Source: Dehalococcoidia bacterium (GTDB lineage Bacteria > Chloroflexota > Dehalococcoidia > Plut-88900). Taken from it: DNA of 64,000 bases. The position numbers and the translations under genes are program-made. Under the pieces are notes generated by a model. It saw only the letters and a program-made list of their open reading frames with translations. It was not told where the DNA came from and searched no databases. Shown piece by piece: positions 1 through 9,761 of this stretch (position 1 is its first letter; each line of letters begins with the position of its first letter). Where the stretch lies: assembly GCA_965249275.1 (NCBI GenBank), contig CBDFLQ010000005.1:416001-480000 (forward strand), read 5' to 3'.

Positions 1-181
1 TTATGGTCGCCGTTCCGCCGAACTGCTGCACGCCGGTCAGGTAATAGAGTACCCGGTCCCCGGGCTCCATCTTCTCCGCCTTCTTCCGGTGCCGGCTCTT
101 GATCCCCTGTACCAGGAATCCGAGCTCTCGAGAAATCTCGAAGTTCTCCGCTGAGCTAACGATCATCCAGTATTTGGGCAT
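1..181 (-). CDS. EVE (PUA-like) domain protein, runs off the window edge
   Basis: Manual translation from ATG at 181 gives MPKYWMIVSSAENFEISRELGFLVQGIKSRHRKKAEKMEPGDRVLYYLTG, with YW...M.PGD.VL.Y EVE motifs and an AGGGAG RBS upstream. Absent from the ORF track. Confidence 0.75.
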   Translation of the reverse strand, partial: MPKYWMIVSSAENFEISRELGFLVQGIKSRHRKKAEKMEPGDRVLYYLTGVQQFGGTATI

Positions 182-218
182 TTTCGAATACTCCCTTCGG
201 GCAGTCAGATCAGGCGGG

Positions 219-1259
219 CTAGCCGCCTATGTGGTACATCTCCACCTTTTTGGCCCGGCTCCCGGACAACGAGGCCCGATCCTCCGAATACCGGTCCGCC
301 CTGTGGGCCCAGATACCTTTTATGATATCGGTGAGGTCGGCGTCGCTGGCGCCGGCCCGCAGGGGGCCACGTAAATCGTCGCCCTTCGAAGCGAACAGGC
401 AGGTGTACACCTTCCCCTCCGCCGAGATGCGGGACCGGGTGCAATCGCCGCAGAACGGGTTGCTCACCGAGGATATAACCCCGATCTCGCCCTTGCCGTC
501 GGCGTACCCGTAGCGGTCCGCCACCTCGCCCCGGTAGCTCTTGTCCACGGGCTCCAGGGGCATCTCACGGTCGATTATCCCGATGATTTCCTGGGCGGTT
601 ACCACCTGATCGGAGCGCCACTGGTTCAGGTTGCCCACGTCCATAAACTCGATGAAGCGGAGGATGTGCCCCATATCTTTGACGCGCCTGGTGAGGTCGA
701 CAATTGTGTGCTCGTTGACCCCCTTCTGGACGACGACGTTGATCTTGATGGGGGCTAGGCCCGCTTCCTCGGCGGCCCGGATACCCTCCAGCACTCGTCC
801 GGTACCGAAGCCTCGGCCATTCATTTGTCCGAAGATATTGTCGTCCAGAGTGTGCAGGCTAACCGTGACCCGTTTCAAGCCCGCGTCCCGGAGCTGCTGG
901 GCCTTCTTGGCCAGCAGGAAACCGTTGGTGGTCAGGGCCAGGTCTCCCAGTCCTTCTATCGAAGCCAGCTGAGCCACCAAGACTTCGAGCTGATCTCGGA
1001 GGAGGGGCTCGCCGCCGGTAAGCCGTATTTTGCGGACACCCAGGCCGACGAAGAGTCGGGCCACGCGGCTGATCTCTTCGAAGGTAAGAATGTCGTCTTT
1101 CGGGAGGAACCGGTACCGCTCGCCGAAAATCTCCGCGGGCATGCAGAAGGTACACCTGAAGTTGCACCTGTCGGTGACCGAGATACGCAGGTCTCGCAAC
1201 GGCCTCCCGAAGAGGTCGAGAATCCCGTCTGCCTGCTCTGTGGAAGTGTCTTTACTCAT
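219..1259 (-). CDS. moaA: GTP 3',8-cyclase (molybdenum cofactor biosynthesis, radical SAM)
   Basis: LRISVTDRCNFRCTFC (CxxxCxxC), RLTGGEPL, C-terminal FCGDCTR...TCLF and terminal IGG. The ORF extends to 1298; start uncertain. Confidence 0.95.
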   Translation of the reverse strand: MSKDTSTEQADGILDLFGRPLRDLRISVTDRCNFRCTFCMPAEIFGERYRFLPKDDILTFEEISRVARLFVGLGVRKIRLTGGEPLLRDQLEVLVAQLASIEGLGDLALTTNGFLLAKKAQQLRDAGLKRVTVSLHTLDDNIFGQMNGRGFGTGRVLEGIRAAEEAGLAPIKINVVVQKGVNEHTIVDLTRRVKDMGHILRFIEFMDVGNLNQWRSDQVVTAQEIIGIIDREMPLEPVDKSYRGEVADRYGYADGKGEIGVISSVSNPFCGDCTRSRISAEGKVYTCLFASKGDDLRGPLRAGASDADLTDIIKGIWAHRADRYSEDRASLSGSRAKKVEMYHIGG

Positions 1260-1392
1260 GCGCTGGAAATGGCTATACCACCCCTCCCCAATCCCCATTT
1301 TACCCCCGAGGGTCGGGGGTGTACAAATTGAGGAACTAGCGTATCAATTTAATTTATCGTGAGGAATCTTGAAGGAATGGATTTAGCGCACT

Positions 1393-1435
1393 TGTGTAAC
1401 ACATATTTGACATATCCTGATCCCTAACTCAATAT
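1393..1435 (+). promoter_or_regulatory. Putative comEA-comEC promoter with upstream palindrome
   Basis: TTGACA at 1407-1412, weak -10 CAATAT 17 bp downstream, and palindrome TGTGT-A-ACACA at 1393-1403 in an AT-rich divergent intergenic region. Confidence 0.4.
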
Positions 1436-1508
1436 TGGATCCACATCCCCCCGCAAAGAGGCCCAACTGCGCCTTCTCCTAATCCCTTTAGTCCTCGCTC
1501 TTCTTTCC

Positions 1509-1985
1509 GTGCCGCTTGCCTGCCGTGACACCGGCTCGGTAGAGATAGTATTGCCCACCCCGGGATCCAATTCCGGGATTGTTGTATACGTCACCGGTGA
1601 AGTGAACAATCCAGGTCTTCAGATCCTTCCCCCGGGCCAGAACCGGCTTCTCCACGCGATAGATGCCGCGGGCGGATTCACTGAAAACGCCGACCAGGCC
1701 AGCATCAATGGCGCACTCATCATCTCCGATCAGGAGCACATTCGCGTTCTCCCCGTTCCCGGCAACACCCCGTCATATAACATCCCCGGCACGCTCGTAG
1801 ACTTGAACGCCGCCTCCTCCGAAGAGCTGCAGACCTTGCCGGGAATTGGGCCTGGGAGGGCTGACGCCATCATCGACCATCGGGAGAGTCACGGCCATTT
1901 CACTCGCATCGAGGACATCCTTGAGGTGTCGGGCATTGGGGAGAAGACGTTCGAGTCGATCCAGCACTTAATCAGGGTACGATAA
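1509..1985 (+). CDS. comEA: ComEA competence DNA receptor (SLBB + helix-hairpin-helix)
   Basis: VYVTGEVNNPG, AIDAAGG, VDLNAASSEELQTLPGIGPGRADAII, VSGIGEKT; directly upstream of comEC. The true start is probably upstream (frame open to 1428). Confidence 0.92.
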   Translation: MPLACRDTGSVEIVLPTPGSNSGIVVYVTGEVNNPGLQILPPGQNRLLHAIDAAGGFTENADQASINGALIISDQEHIRVLPVPGNTPSYNIPGTLVDLNAASSEELQTLPGIGPGRADAIIDHRESHGHFTRIEDILEVSGIGEKTFESIQHLIRVR

Positions 1986-2013
1986 GCCTTCGTATGCCTG
2001 ATCCAGGCTGCCC

Positions 2014-4485
2014 ATGACCCTCGTTTACATCAGCGGGGCTCTGGTTGCGGGCATACTTGCCGGGTCGAAGATTGACCTACTGCCCTGGCCCTTCTTCATC
2101 GCCGCGAGTCTCGTCCTGATTGCGGGCCTTCTCCTCAGAGCGCAGCCAAGAATCATCTATTTGTTCCTGCTCGCTGCGCTGCTCGTAGGCATAGGTCGGG
2201 GCGCGATTGCGCCAGTCTTCGGACCTCCCGAGCAACTCCAGGCCCTCGCTGATTCCTCCGCCATCGTGGTTTCCGGTGTAGTCGTCGACTACCCGGAGTC
2301 ACGAGGCGCCCTCACCCAGTTCCGCTTCTCCATTCAGCGTTACCGCGCCGACGGAGGCTGGGTGGAGGCTTCGGGTCTTCTGCTGGTTAGGGCCAAGCCC
2401 TCCATCCCAATGATCGAGGAGCGGAGCCCTCCCTTCTTTCGCTACGGCGACACCCTGGTCCTAAAGGGGCATCTCGAGCAACCCCCCGTCTTGGAGGAAT
2501 TCGACTGGCGGGAACGTCTCGCACGCGAGGGTGTCCACTACCTCATGCTCCGCCCGGAGGTCGAATTGACTGGTGGTGGAGGGGGTGTGCGTGCCCTCGG
2601 GTGGGTCTACCGAGTGCGGGAGGAGATGGCAGCGTCCCTTGGTAGATCTCTGCCGGAGCCCAGGGCCTCTCTGGCCCAGGCACTGCTGCTCGGTATACGG
2701 GACGGCCTTTCCTCGGAGCTTAGGGAGGACTTTGCCAAGACCGGCACCACTCATCTGTTAGCCATCTCGGGGCTTCACGTGAGCATTCTGGTGGGGTTGG
2801 TGAGTCTAGGCAGTGCCGCTCTACTGGGCAGAAGGGGGCAGATCTACATCGTCATACCCCTGCTTTTCGTGTGGGTTTACGCTGTGCTTACGGGATTCTC
2901 ACCACCGGTGGTCCGAGCGGCCATTATGGCAAGCCTCTACCTGTGGGCCATATTGCTGGGCCGCCAGCGAAGCGGCTTGACTGCACTCTCAGCGGCCGCG
3001 GCGTTAATGGTCACGGTTGATCCCGACCTGCTCGAAGAGGTGTCCTTCCAACTCAGCTTCGTGGCTATGGCCGGTCTGCTTCTGCTAGGCCCGTGGTTCC
3101 GGGCCGGGGGCCTGAGGCTTGTGGCTCGATACTGGGAGCCCGAAGGGGTTGCCGGAGGCGTCGTGAAGTTTTTAGTCGAGGCTTCGGCCATCTCCCTGGC
3201 AGTCATCCTCGCCACCTTCCCTATCATCGGCTTCAACTTCCAGTTCCTTTCGCCCGTTGGTCTGCCGGCCACCGTCCCTGTTCTGCCCGCCCTGCCCTTT
3301 GTCCTTGTCTCCTCTCTCGCAGTGGCCGTTGCTGGTATATTCTCGGAGACTGCGGGACAGATCCTGGCATGGGGAACCTGGCCGTGGCTTTCGTGGATGA
3401 CGGGGGTGATCCGGGCGTTCGCCTGGGTGCCGGGGTTGAAGGTCGACGTCGGGCCCGCCGACCTCTATTTCACGCTGTTCTATTATGCCTTCTTACTCTG
3501 CCTCCTATGGTGGGCGCGGCGGATGTGTCCTCGCGCCCTGGTCCAATCCGAGCTGCCCGAATTCCCGACACTGCGCGCCACCGCCAGCCCAGGCCTCTCG
3601 GCCCTTTTCCGTCAAAAGCGCACTGTCTTCCTCGCCCTTGTCATCATCCTTACTATCGGCGTCTTCTCCGTGGCCGCGGTCCGGCCCACCGAAAGGCTAA
3701 GGGTGACCATCCTCGACGTAGGCCAAGGTGAGTCGATACTCATCCAGGGCCCCGACCGTCTCACCGTGCTGGTAGACGGCGGCCCGAACCCCGCTACCCT
3801 GGTTCTCGAACTGGGACAGCGTTTGCCGCACTGGCAGCATTCGGTTGACCTGATAGTGCTCACGCACCCCGATTCTGACCATCTCTCGGGGCTGATGGGC
3901 CTCCTGGAAAGGTACGACGTCGATCACGTCATCCAATGCGGGGCAGGCTGTACCACAGCGGGAAACGAAGCCGACCTTCTCTCCTGGACGGCCCTTCTGG
4001 GGCGGAGCGGAATCTCACCGCTGGAGGCCGAGGCCGGGACTCGGGTGCTGCTCGGGGAGGACATAGGCCTTCAGGTCCTGCACCCTCCGCCGCGGCCGTT
4101 AGCCGGGACAAGCGCGGATTCCAACAACAACTCGGTGGTGCTCAGACTGGAGTACGGGGACGTCAGCTTCCTGCTCACGGGGGACATCGAGGCCTTCGCC
4201 GAAAGCTACCTGTTGAGACAGGGTGTCCCTTTATCCAGCAGTGTGATGACTGCGCCGCACCACGGCAGCCGATCTTCCTCCACCCCCGAGTTCATAGCCG
4301 CCGTCGACCCTCAACTGGTTGTCATATCCGCTGGCCTCGACAACCGGTACGGGCATCCACACCCCGAGACCCTCGTCACGCTGGCTCAGCATGTTTCGGC
4401 GGAACGTATTCTGATTACGTCGGAGGTCGGGGGTATTCAGATAGAGACCGATGGCACGCGCCTCTGGCTCACGACGGAGAAATAG
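2014..4485 (+). CDS. comEC: ComEC/Rec2 DNA uptake channel with C-terminal MBL domain
   Basis: HLLAISGLHV, SFQLSF, LDVGQG, THPDSDH, HHGS and NRYGHPH motifs; many hydrophobic segments. Confidence 0.95.
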   Translation: MTLVYISGALVAGILAGSKIDLLPWPFFIAASLVLIAGLLLRAQPRIIYLFLLAALLVGIGRGAIAPVFGPPEQLQALADSSAIVVSGVVVDYPESRGALTQFRFSIQRYRADGGWVEASGLLLVRAKPSIPMIEERSPPFFRYGDTLVLKGHLEQPPVLEEFDWRERLAREGVHYLMLRPEVELTGGGGGVRALGWVYRVREEMAASLGRSLPEPRASLAQALLLGIRDGLSSELREDFAKTGTTHLLAISGLHVSILVGLVSLGSAALLGRRGQIYIVIPLLFVWVYAVLTGFSPPVVRAAIMASLYLWAILLGRQRSGLTALSAAAALMVTVDPDLLEEVSFQLSFVAMAGLLLLGPWFRAGGLRLVARYWEPEGVAGGVVKFLVEASAISLAVILATFPIIGFNFQFLSPVGLPATVPVLPALPFVLVSSLAVAVAGIFSETAGQILAWGTWPWLSWMTGVIRAFAWVPGLKVDVGPADLYFTLFYYAFLLCLLWWARRMCPRALVQSELPEFPTLRATASPGLSALFRQKRTVFLALVIILTIGVFSVAAVRPTERLRVTILDVGQGESILIQGPDRLTVLVDGGPNPATLVLELGQRLPHWQHSVDLIVLTHPDSDHLSGLMGLLERYDVDHVIQCGAGCTTAGNEADLLSWTALLGRSGISPLEAEAGTRVLLGEDIGLQVLHPPPRPLAGTSADSNNNSVVLRLEYGDVSFLLTGDIEAFAESYLLRQGVPLSSSVMTAPHHGSRSSSTPEFIAAVDPQLVVISAGLDNRYGHPHPETLVTLAQHVSAERILITSEVGGIQIETDGTRLWLTTEK

Positions 4486-4488
4486 ACC

Positions 4489-5421
4489 CTACCTGAACCG
4501 AGGCAGTACCGTTTCGGCGAACTTTTCGTAGTCGGCCTTTACCTCTGTCAGGGGGCGGGCTGCGTTTAGCACGAAGTGGGTTACCCCAACCTTCATGTGG
4601 TCTTCGATGGTCTGGACGCAGTCGTCGGGAGTTCCGACCAGGATGGCCCGGGGGTCGGGGAGGTGGGGCTCAAAGCCGTACCGCTGGGCGAGAGTTGTCC
4701 TCACCGTCTCCAGAGCGCTCTCTCGGCTTTCGCCCATAGCGAAATATAGGTGCACTGCCTTCGTTATCCTGGAGGTATCAGTTCCGTACTTGTCGGCGTA
4801 GCTTTCTATGCGGTCCCACAGCCGGACGTATTCCTGCACACCCGGGTTGCTAGGCACAAACCCCTGGCACCATCTCGCCGCCCGACGCAATACGCCTTCA
4901 GCCTCGCCACCCGCCCATAGCGGCGGGTGCGGCTTCTGTACGGGAACCGGGCCCATCTCGATGTCTTCGAAGGAGTGGAACCGGCCCTTATGGCTTACGG
5001 GCTTCGCTGTCCACAGCTTGGTCATTATCTCCAGCATCTCGTCGGTAATGGCCCCCCGCTGCCGAGGGTCGACGCCGCATACTGAAAACGCATCCATCCG
5101 GGAATTCGATGACCCGCCTACCCCCACCCCCAGCACAACCCGGCCCTCGGAGAGAAAGTCCAGGGTCGCCGTCTCCTTGGCCAGGATGGCCGGGTTCCTC
5201 AGCGGCGCGAGCACGACGCACGTCCCAACCGTCAGCTGCTTGGTGTGCTGCACGAACGCGCCCAAAGCCAACATGATGTCTAGGGCCGGCATCTCGTTTA
5301 CCAGGCCCTCGGTGACCCACAGAGAGTCGTAGCCCGCGTCCTCGATGGCATGGGCGAACTCGGGTATCGGGACCACGGGATGCAGTCTGCTGTAGATTAC
5401 ACCGAACTTGGGGTCGGGCAT
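4489..5421 (-). CDS. LLM-class flavin-dependent oxidoreductase
   Basis: GYDSLWVTE, LRNPAILAKETATLDFLSEGRVVLGVG, PVPVQKPHPPLW. Confidence 0.9.
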   Translation of the reverse strand: MPDPKFGVIYSRLHPVVPIPEFAHAIEDAGYDSLWVTEGLVNEMPALDIMLALGAFVQHTKQLTVGTCVVLAPLRNPAILAKETATLDFLSEGRVVLGVGVGGSSNSRMDAFSVCGVDPRQRGAITDEMLEIMTKLWTAKPVSHKGRFHSFEDIEMGPVPVQKPHPPLWAGGEAEGVLRRAARWCQGFVPSNPGVQEYVRLWDRIESYADKYGTDTSRITKAVHLYFAMGESRESALETVRTTLAQRYGFEPHLPDPRAILVGTPDDCVQTIEDHMKVGVTHFVLNAARPLTEVKADYEKFAETVLPRFR

Positions 5422-5451
5422 TTACGTCTCCTGTAACTCTTTAGCCCCTGG

Positions 5452-6375
5452 CTATTTGAACCGGGGCATTATCTCCGTGGCGAATATCTCAATTTGACTC
5501 ATGTACTCGGGCCTTTTGCACACTGGGTTGAACGCAAAGTGTTCAATGCCGCACGAGATGAACCGCTCCATGGCCCTCAGGCAGTCGTCGACCGTCCCGA
5601 TGGCCGCCTGATGAGGCAGCACTTGCATTGAGCGTCCGGTACGGTTGCTCATGTCTTCCGAGGCCAGCGCCGACGCCTCAGCCTCGCTGTCCGCAACCCT
5701 GAAGTACAGGTGCATTGCCCGGGTCACGGACCCGGGGTCTCGGCCAAACTCTTCGGCGTAGCGTTCTATCTTTATCATCGCCCGATGGTACACCGCAGGG
5801 CTGCATACGGCCGGCATGAACCCATTCCCAAAGCGTCCCGTTCGCCTAAGCGCCCCTTCCGAGTGACCACCCACCCAGATAGGGGGTCCGGGTCTCTGCA
5901 CGGGCTTTGGTTCCATGTACATGTCCTCGAACTCGTAGAACCTGCCCTTGTGGCTGAACGGCTCGTCCGACCAGAGGCCAGCCATAATCTGCAGGGCCTC
6001 GTCGGTGCGGGCTCCCCGCTGGCGGGAGTCAACGCCCGCGGCCTCGAATGCGCGGGTGGCAGTCGGGCCTGCGCCGACGCCAAAGATGATCCGGCCCTCG
6101 GACATGTAGTCGAGCGTCGCTACCTCCTTCGCCAGGATAGCGGGGTGTCTGTGCGGCACGACTACCACGCAGGTGCCGAGCATAATGTCCTGGGTATGTT
6201 CAACGAAGGCCCCGAGGGTCGGGAAGCAGTCTAGGGCGTGCTCTCGGGTGATCATGGTGTCGGGGATCCAGATGGAGTCGAAGTCCATCTGCACTGTCGT
6301 ATCGGCAAATTCCTTTACGCTGACCAACTCGTGTATGCGGCTGTAGAGCGGGCCAAACTTCACTTCTGCCATCAA
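5452..6375 (-). CDS. LLM-class flavin-dependent oxidoreductase (tandem paralog)
   Basis: FDSIWIPD, HPAILAKEVATLDYMSEGRIIFGVG, PKPVQRPGPPIWVGG. Confidence 0.9.
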   Translation of the reverse strand: MMAEVKFGPLYSRIHELVSVKEFADTTVQMDFDSIWIPDTMITREHALDCFPTLGAFVEHTQDIMLGTCVVVVPHRHPAILAKEVATLDYMSEGRIIFGVGAGPTATRAFEAAGVDSRQRGARTDEALQIMAGLWSDEPFSHKGRFYEFEDMYMEPKPVQRPGPPIWVGGHSEGALRRTGRFGNGFMPAVCSPAVYHRAMIKIERYAEEFGRDPGSVTRAMHLYFRVADSEAEASALASEDMSNRTGRSMQVLPHQAAIGTVDDCLRAMERFISCGIEHFAFNPVCKRPEYMSQIEIFATEIMPRFK

Positions 6376-6452
6376 ATATTCCGTTCCTTCAAAAGTTCCC
6401 TCTGGCTAGATGTGGCCTATGTATAACTACTCTGTAGAGGTGCGAAACACTT

Positions 6453-6493
6453 TCACCCTCACCCTAGCCCTCTCCCTCGATGGGAGAGGGGAC
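6453..6493. repeat. REP-like palindrome, family A (TCACCCTCACCCTAGCCCTCTCCC-TCGAT-GGGAGAGGG)
   Basis: Perfect CCCTCTCCC/GGGAGAGGG stem; related copies at ~15993-16073 and ~45792-45852. Confidence 0.7.
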
Positions 6494-6499
6494 TGGCCC

Positions 6500-7800
6500 G
6501 GTACAGACCGGGCAGAAAGGTAACACATAAACCGGGGACATGGGTAACACATCGTGGGATTGTATTAGGCAATCCCAGAGGAGGAAGATGTGTTGCCTTG
6601 GAAAGACACGAGCATAGAATCGGAGCGGTTGCAGTTCATCGAGCGTCACACTGCGGGAGAGGAGACTATTGCTGAGCTGTGCCGCCGGTCCGGGATCAGC
6701 CGCAAGACGGGCTACAAGATAATCGGCCGATACGAGGCGTATGGTGAGGACGGTCTACTTGACCTAAGCCGGGCTCCTCACAGCCATCCCAACGCCACTT
6801 CCATAGAGGTGGCTAAGCGTATCATCGAGGCGAAGCGCACCCATCCCACATGGGGCCCGAAGAAGATCGTCGCCTGGTTGCATTCCATCGAGCCCTACGT
6901 GCCCTGGCCTTCCTCCAGTACTGCGGGCGCCATACTGGACCGTGTGGGTCTGGTGAGGCGGCGCAAGCGGCGGCGCAGGGCTACACGCTGGGGCGAGCCC
7001 TTCGCCCACGCCCGGCACCCCAATGACGTGTGGGCCATCGACCTGAAGGGCTGGTTCCGCACGGATGACGGAATGCGGATAGACCCCCTTACAGCCCAGG
7101 ACGCCATGTCCCGCTACTTACTGGTATGCGACCCTCTCGACCGCCCTGCCGGCCCGGAAGTCAAGCGCTCTCTGGAGAGAACCTTCCGAGAGTACGGCAT
7201 CCCTCGGGCCATACGCACCGACAATGGTCCGCCCTTCGCCAGTGTGGGTCTGGGCAGCCTCTCACCACTCTCAGCATGGTGGGTCAAGCTCGGGATCGTA
7301 CCCGAACGCATAGAGCCCGGTCACCCCGAACAGAATGGACGCATCGAGCGCCTTCACCGGACCCTCAAGGCCGAGACCGCAACACCTCCAAAGGCCAACT
7401 GGAGACGACAACGCAGAGCCCTCGAACGCTTCAGACACACCTACAACTTCGAGAGGCCACATGAGGCCCTGGGGCAGCAACCACCAAGCCGGCTGTACAC
7501 GCCCTCGATCAGACCCTATCCCACACGTATCAGCTCGCCCGAGTACAACGCCGGTGTCACCGTACGTAGTGTCCGCAGCAACGGACAGATCAAGTGGAAG
7601 GGAGATATGCTCTACGTGAGCGAGTCCCTCAAGGGCGAACCCATCGGCCTGGTCCAGATAGACGAACGAACCTGGTCCATACAGTTCGGGCCACTCATCA
7701 TCGGACTCCTTGATGACCCCACCAGAAGGGTCGACAAAACCCCAGTCAAAGTGTTACCTATGTCCTCGGTCTAACTGTTACCCATGTCCCCGGTCGTACA
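6500..7800 (+). mobile_element. IS481-family insertion sequence
   Basis: The ends carry inverted, doubled ACCG(G/A)GGACAT(G/A)GGTAACA motifs (6500-6550 vs 7751-7800). The right end reads TGTA on the bottom strand. Possible 4-bp GCCC target duplication (6496-6499 / 7801-7804). Confidence 0.85.
6590..7774 (+). CDS. IS481-family DDE transposase
   Basis: LPWK start, HTH GISRKTGYK, HPTWGPKK, WAIDLKG, IRTDNGPPF, NGRIERLHRTLK, YNFERPHEAL. Confidence 0.93.
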   Translation: MLPWKDTSIESERLQFIERHTAGEETIAELCRRSGISRKTGYKIIGRYEAYGEDGLLDLSRAPHSHPNATSIEVAKRIIEAKRTHPTWGPKKIVAWLHSIEPYVPWPSSSTAGAILDRVGLVRRRKRRRRATRWGEPFAHARHPNDVWAIDLKGWFRTDDGMRIDPLTAQDAMSRYLLVCDPLDRPAGPEVKRSLERTFREYGIPRAIRTDNGPPFASVGLGSLSPLSAWWVKLGIVPERIEPGHPEQNGRIERLHRTLKAETATPPKANWRRQRRALERFRHTYNFERPHEALGQQPPSRLYTPSIRPYPTRISSPEYNAGVTVRSVRSNGQIKWKGDMLYVSESLKGEPIGLVQIDERTWSIQFGPLIIGLLDDPTRRVDKTPVKVLPMSSV

Positions 7801-7856
7801 GCCCTCCCATCCGCCTCCCGGAATAGATATGCGCAGACGGGATGTTGCTCTGAATT

Positions 7857-8993
7857 TTAGACCCGATGATACCCGAACACTTCTTTTTTGACCTCCTCCA
7901 CACTGCGACGGGCGAACTCCCGTACTTTCTCCCTGTCCCCTTCCTCCAACCTGGGCCCCGACGCATCTCTCAGTGTCTCAATTCCTGATCTCTCTCTGTA
8001 AGAATCCGGTGTTTCCTGTGGCCATTCCCGGCCCAGCATGACGCCGTAGGCCAGTGCCCAGCACCGGGCCACGGCCTCCACATCATACCCCCCTCCCCCG
8101 AGGGCCAACCACCGCCCCGGCTGTCCGGCGAGACCGGCCAGAGTCTCCACTGCCTTGGTGAAACCTTGTGTCGATATCAGCAGGTGCCCCAGTATGTCCG
8201 AGTGGTAGGTGTCGATGCCCAGTTGGGTTACAAGCACATCCGGTTCGAAGGCGCGGACCAGGGGTGGGACTATCTGCCCGAAGGCGTCCAGATAGATTTC
8301 ATCGTCGGTGTAGGGGGCCAGGGGCAGGTTCACCGCGTAGCCGGTCCCGGCCCCCGTGCCTGTCTCATTGGGGTACCCGGTCCCGGGAAATATGAACCTC
8401 CCAGACTCGTGGACCGAGATGGTCAGCACTGCATCGGTGTCGTAGAAGGCGTTCTGTACGCCGTCCCCGTGGTGAACGTCGATGTCCACGTAAGCGACCT
8501 TCATCCCCCGATCCACCATCCGCTTGATGGCGACTACTGCGTCGTTGAACACGCAGAACCCGGAGGTGTTTCCCGCAGCCGCATGATGCAGACCCCCTCC
8601 CGGGTTGAAAGCAGCGTCCACCTCTCCATCCAGAATCATGTCCGCCGCCAACAGGGAACCCCCGACCACCAATGTCCCCGCATCGAACATTCCCGGATAG
8701 GTCGGGTTGTCCCCGTACTGGCTGAAGTTGTAGCGGCCCGGGTCGACCAGCATTCGCCCCTCCCCGAAGGCCTTGACCGCGGCCACGTAGTCGGGGGTGT
8801 GGAACGTCTGGACTTCTTCATCGGTGGCGTGACGCGGGTCGACGAGTCTGCCGTTCTCCACCTGGAAGGCCCCGCACTCCTCCAGGAGCTCGTAGGTATA
8901 GCGCAGGCGGACCGGTTTGAAGACGTGGTCCTCCCGCAGAACGTGCCGCGACATGGAGTCCCGATATATGAAAGCGCCGCGCCTTTCCGTCAT
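7857..8993 (-). CDS. acuC: AcuC-like histone deacetylase-family Zn hydrolase
   Basis: GGGLHHA, SGFCVFND, DIDVHHGDGVQ, SVHE, FPGTG, QLGID, GGGGY. Confidence 0.88.
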   Translation of the reverse strand: MTERRGAFIYRDSMSRHVLREDHVFKPVRLRYTYELLEECGAFQVENGRLVDPRHATDEEVQTFHTPDYVAAVKAFGEGRMLVDPGRYNFSQYGDNPTYPGMFDAGTLVVGGSLLAADMILDGEVDAAFNPGGGLHHAAAGNTSGFCVFNDAVVAIKRMVDRGMKVAYVDIDVHHGDGVQNAFYDTDAVLTISVHESGRFIFPGTGYPNETGTGAGTGYAVNLPLAPYTDDEIYLDAFGQIVPPLVRAFEPDVLVTQLGIDTYHSDILGHLLISTQGFTKAVETLAGLAGQPGRWLALGGGGYDVEAVARCWALAYGVMLGREWPQETPDSYRERSGIETLRDASGPRLEEGDREKVREFARRSVEEVKKEVFGYHRV

Positions 8994-9758
8994 TTAGACC
9001 TCCATCTCCAAGTCTTCGTGCGCCGCCTCTATCTTGATACCCAACCCTTGTGATGCTGTCTTGAGGTCTTCTCTGATCTCCATCTCATACCGGGGGTTCA
9101 AGTGGACCGCCCACACTGTCGGAACTCCGCCGTTGCTTTCCTCGATTTTCCCCAGCTCGGCGGCCAGGAGACCAGGAGTTAAATGGTTCCGAGCCCGGGC
9201 CTCGGTCTCCATCCGGTCCGGATACGACGTCTCAATGAAACATACGTCAGGCGAGACCGCATCCCACCCATCCGAGAAGCCGGGGCCCGTGTCTCCGCTG
9301 TAGAAAAACCGTCGGCCGTCGGGGCTTGTCACCTGGAACCCGTACGTCGGGGGGCCGTGGGGGACTCGGATCGGCAAAACAGAGAAGTCTCCCACGACAT
9401 TCTCAAGTCCCGGTTCAATGGGGTTAAAGCGGAGGGAAGGGGCGTTGGCAGGGATGCTGGTGTGGTCGGGGTAAATAGAGCCGTTTACGAGGTTCGCTGA
9501 AAGGCTGTCCAGCACCTCGGGACAAGCGTACACGTCCGTAGTCGACCCACGGGTGTTCAGGCCGAAGGTGAGCAGGTCTCGGCAGTGATCGAAGTGATGG
9601 TGGGTAATCAGAATCGCCGCCACCGACTCCTGTTCCTCCAAGGTCAAGCCTGACGTAAGACTCCCCGCATCGACGGCCAAGACACCGTCTATCAGGAACG
9701 ACGTGAGCCTCGTGTCCCGGGTCTCCAGTTGGTGCGCTCCCAGGACTCTAACCCTCAT
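8994..9758 (-). CDS. MBL-fold hydrolase, class II cyclic-nucleotide phosphodiesterase-like
   Basis: LAVDAGSLTSGLTLEEQ, THHHFDH, VPHG, YSGDTG, HLTP, VHL. Confidence 0.7.
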   Translation of the reverse strand: MRVRVLGAHQLETRDTRLTSFLIDGVLAVDAGSLTSGLTLEEQESVAAILITHHHFDHCRDLLTFGLNTRGSTTDVYACPEVLDSLSANLVNGSIYPDHTSIPANAPSLRFNPIEPGLENVVGDFSVLPIRVPHGPPTYGFQVTSPDGRRFFYSGDTGPGFSDGWDAVSPDVCFIETSYPDRMETEARARNHLTPGLLAAELGKIEESNGGVPTVWAVHLNPRYEMEIREDLKTASQGLGIKIEAAHEDLEMEV

Positions 9759-9761
9759 GTC

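Noticed and set aside
1302-1320. Hairpin upstream of moaA as a Moco riboswitch
   Set aside because: It is a single 8-bp stem with none of the multi-stem architecture of the Moco RNA motif.
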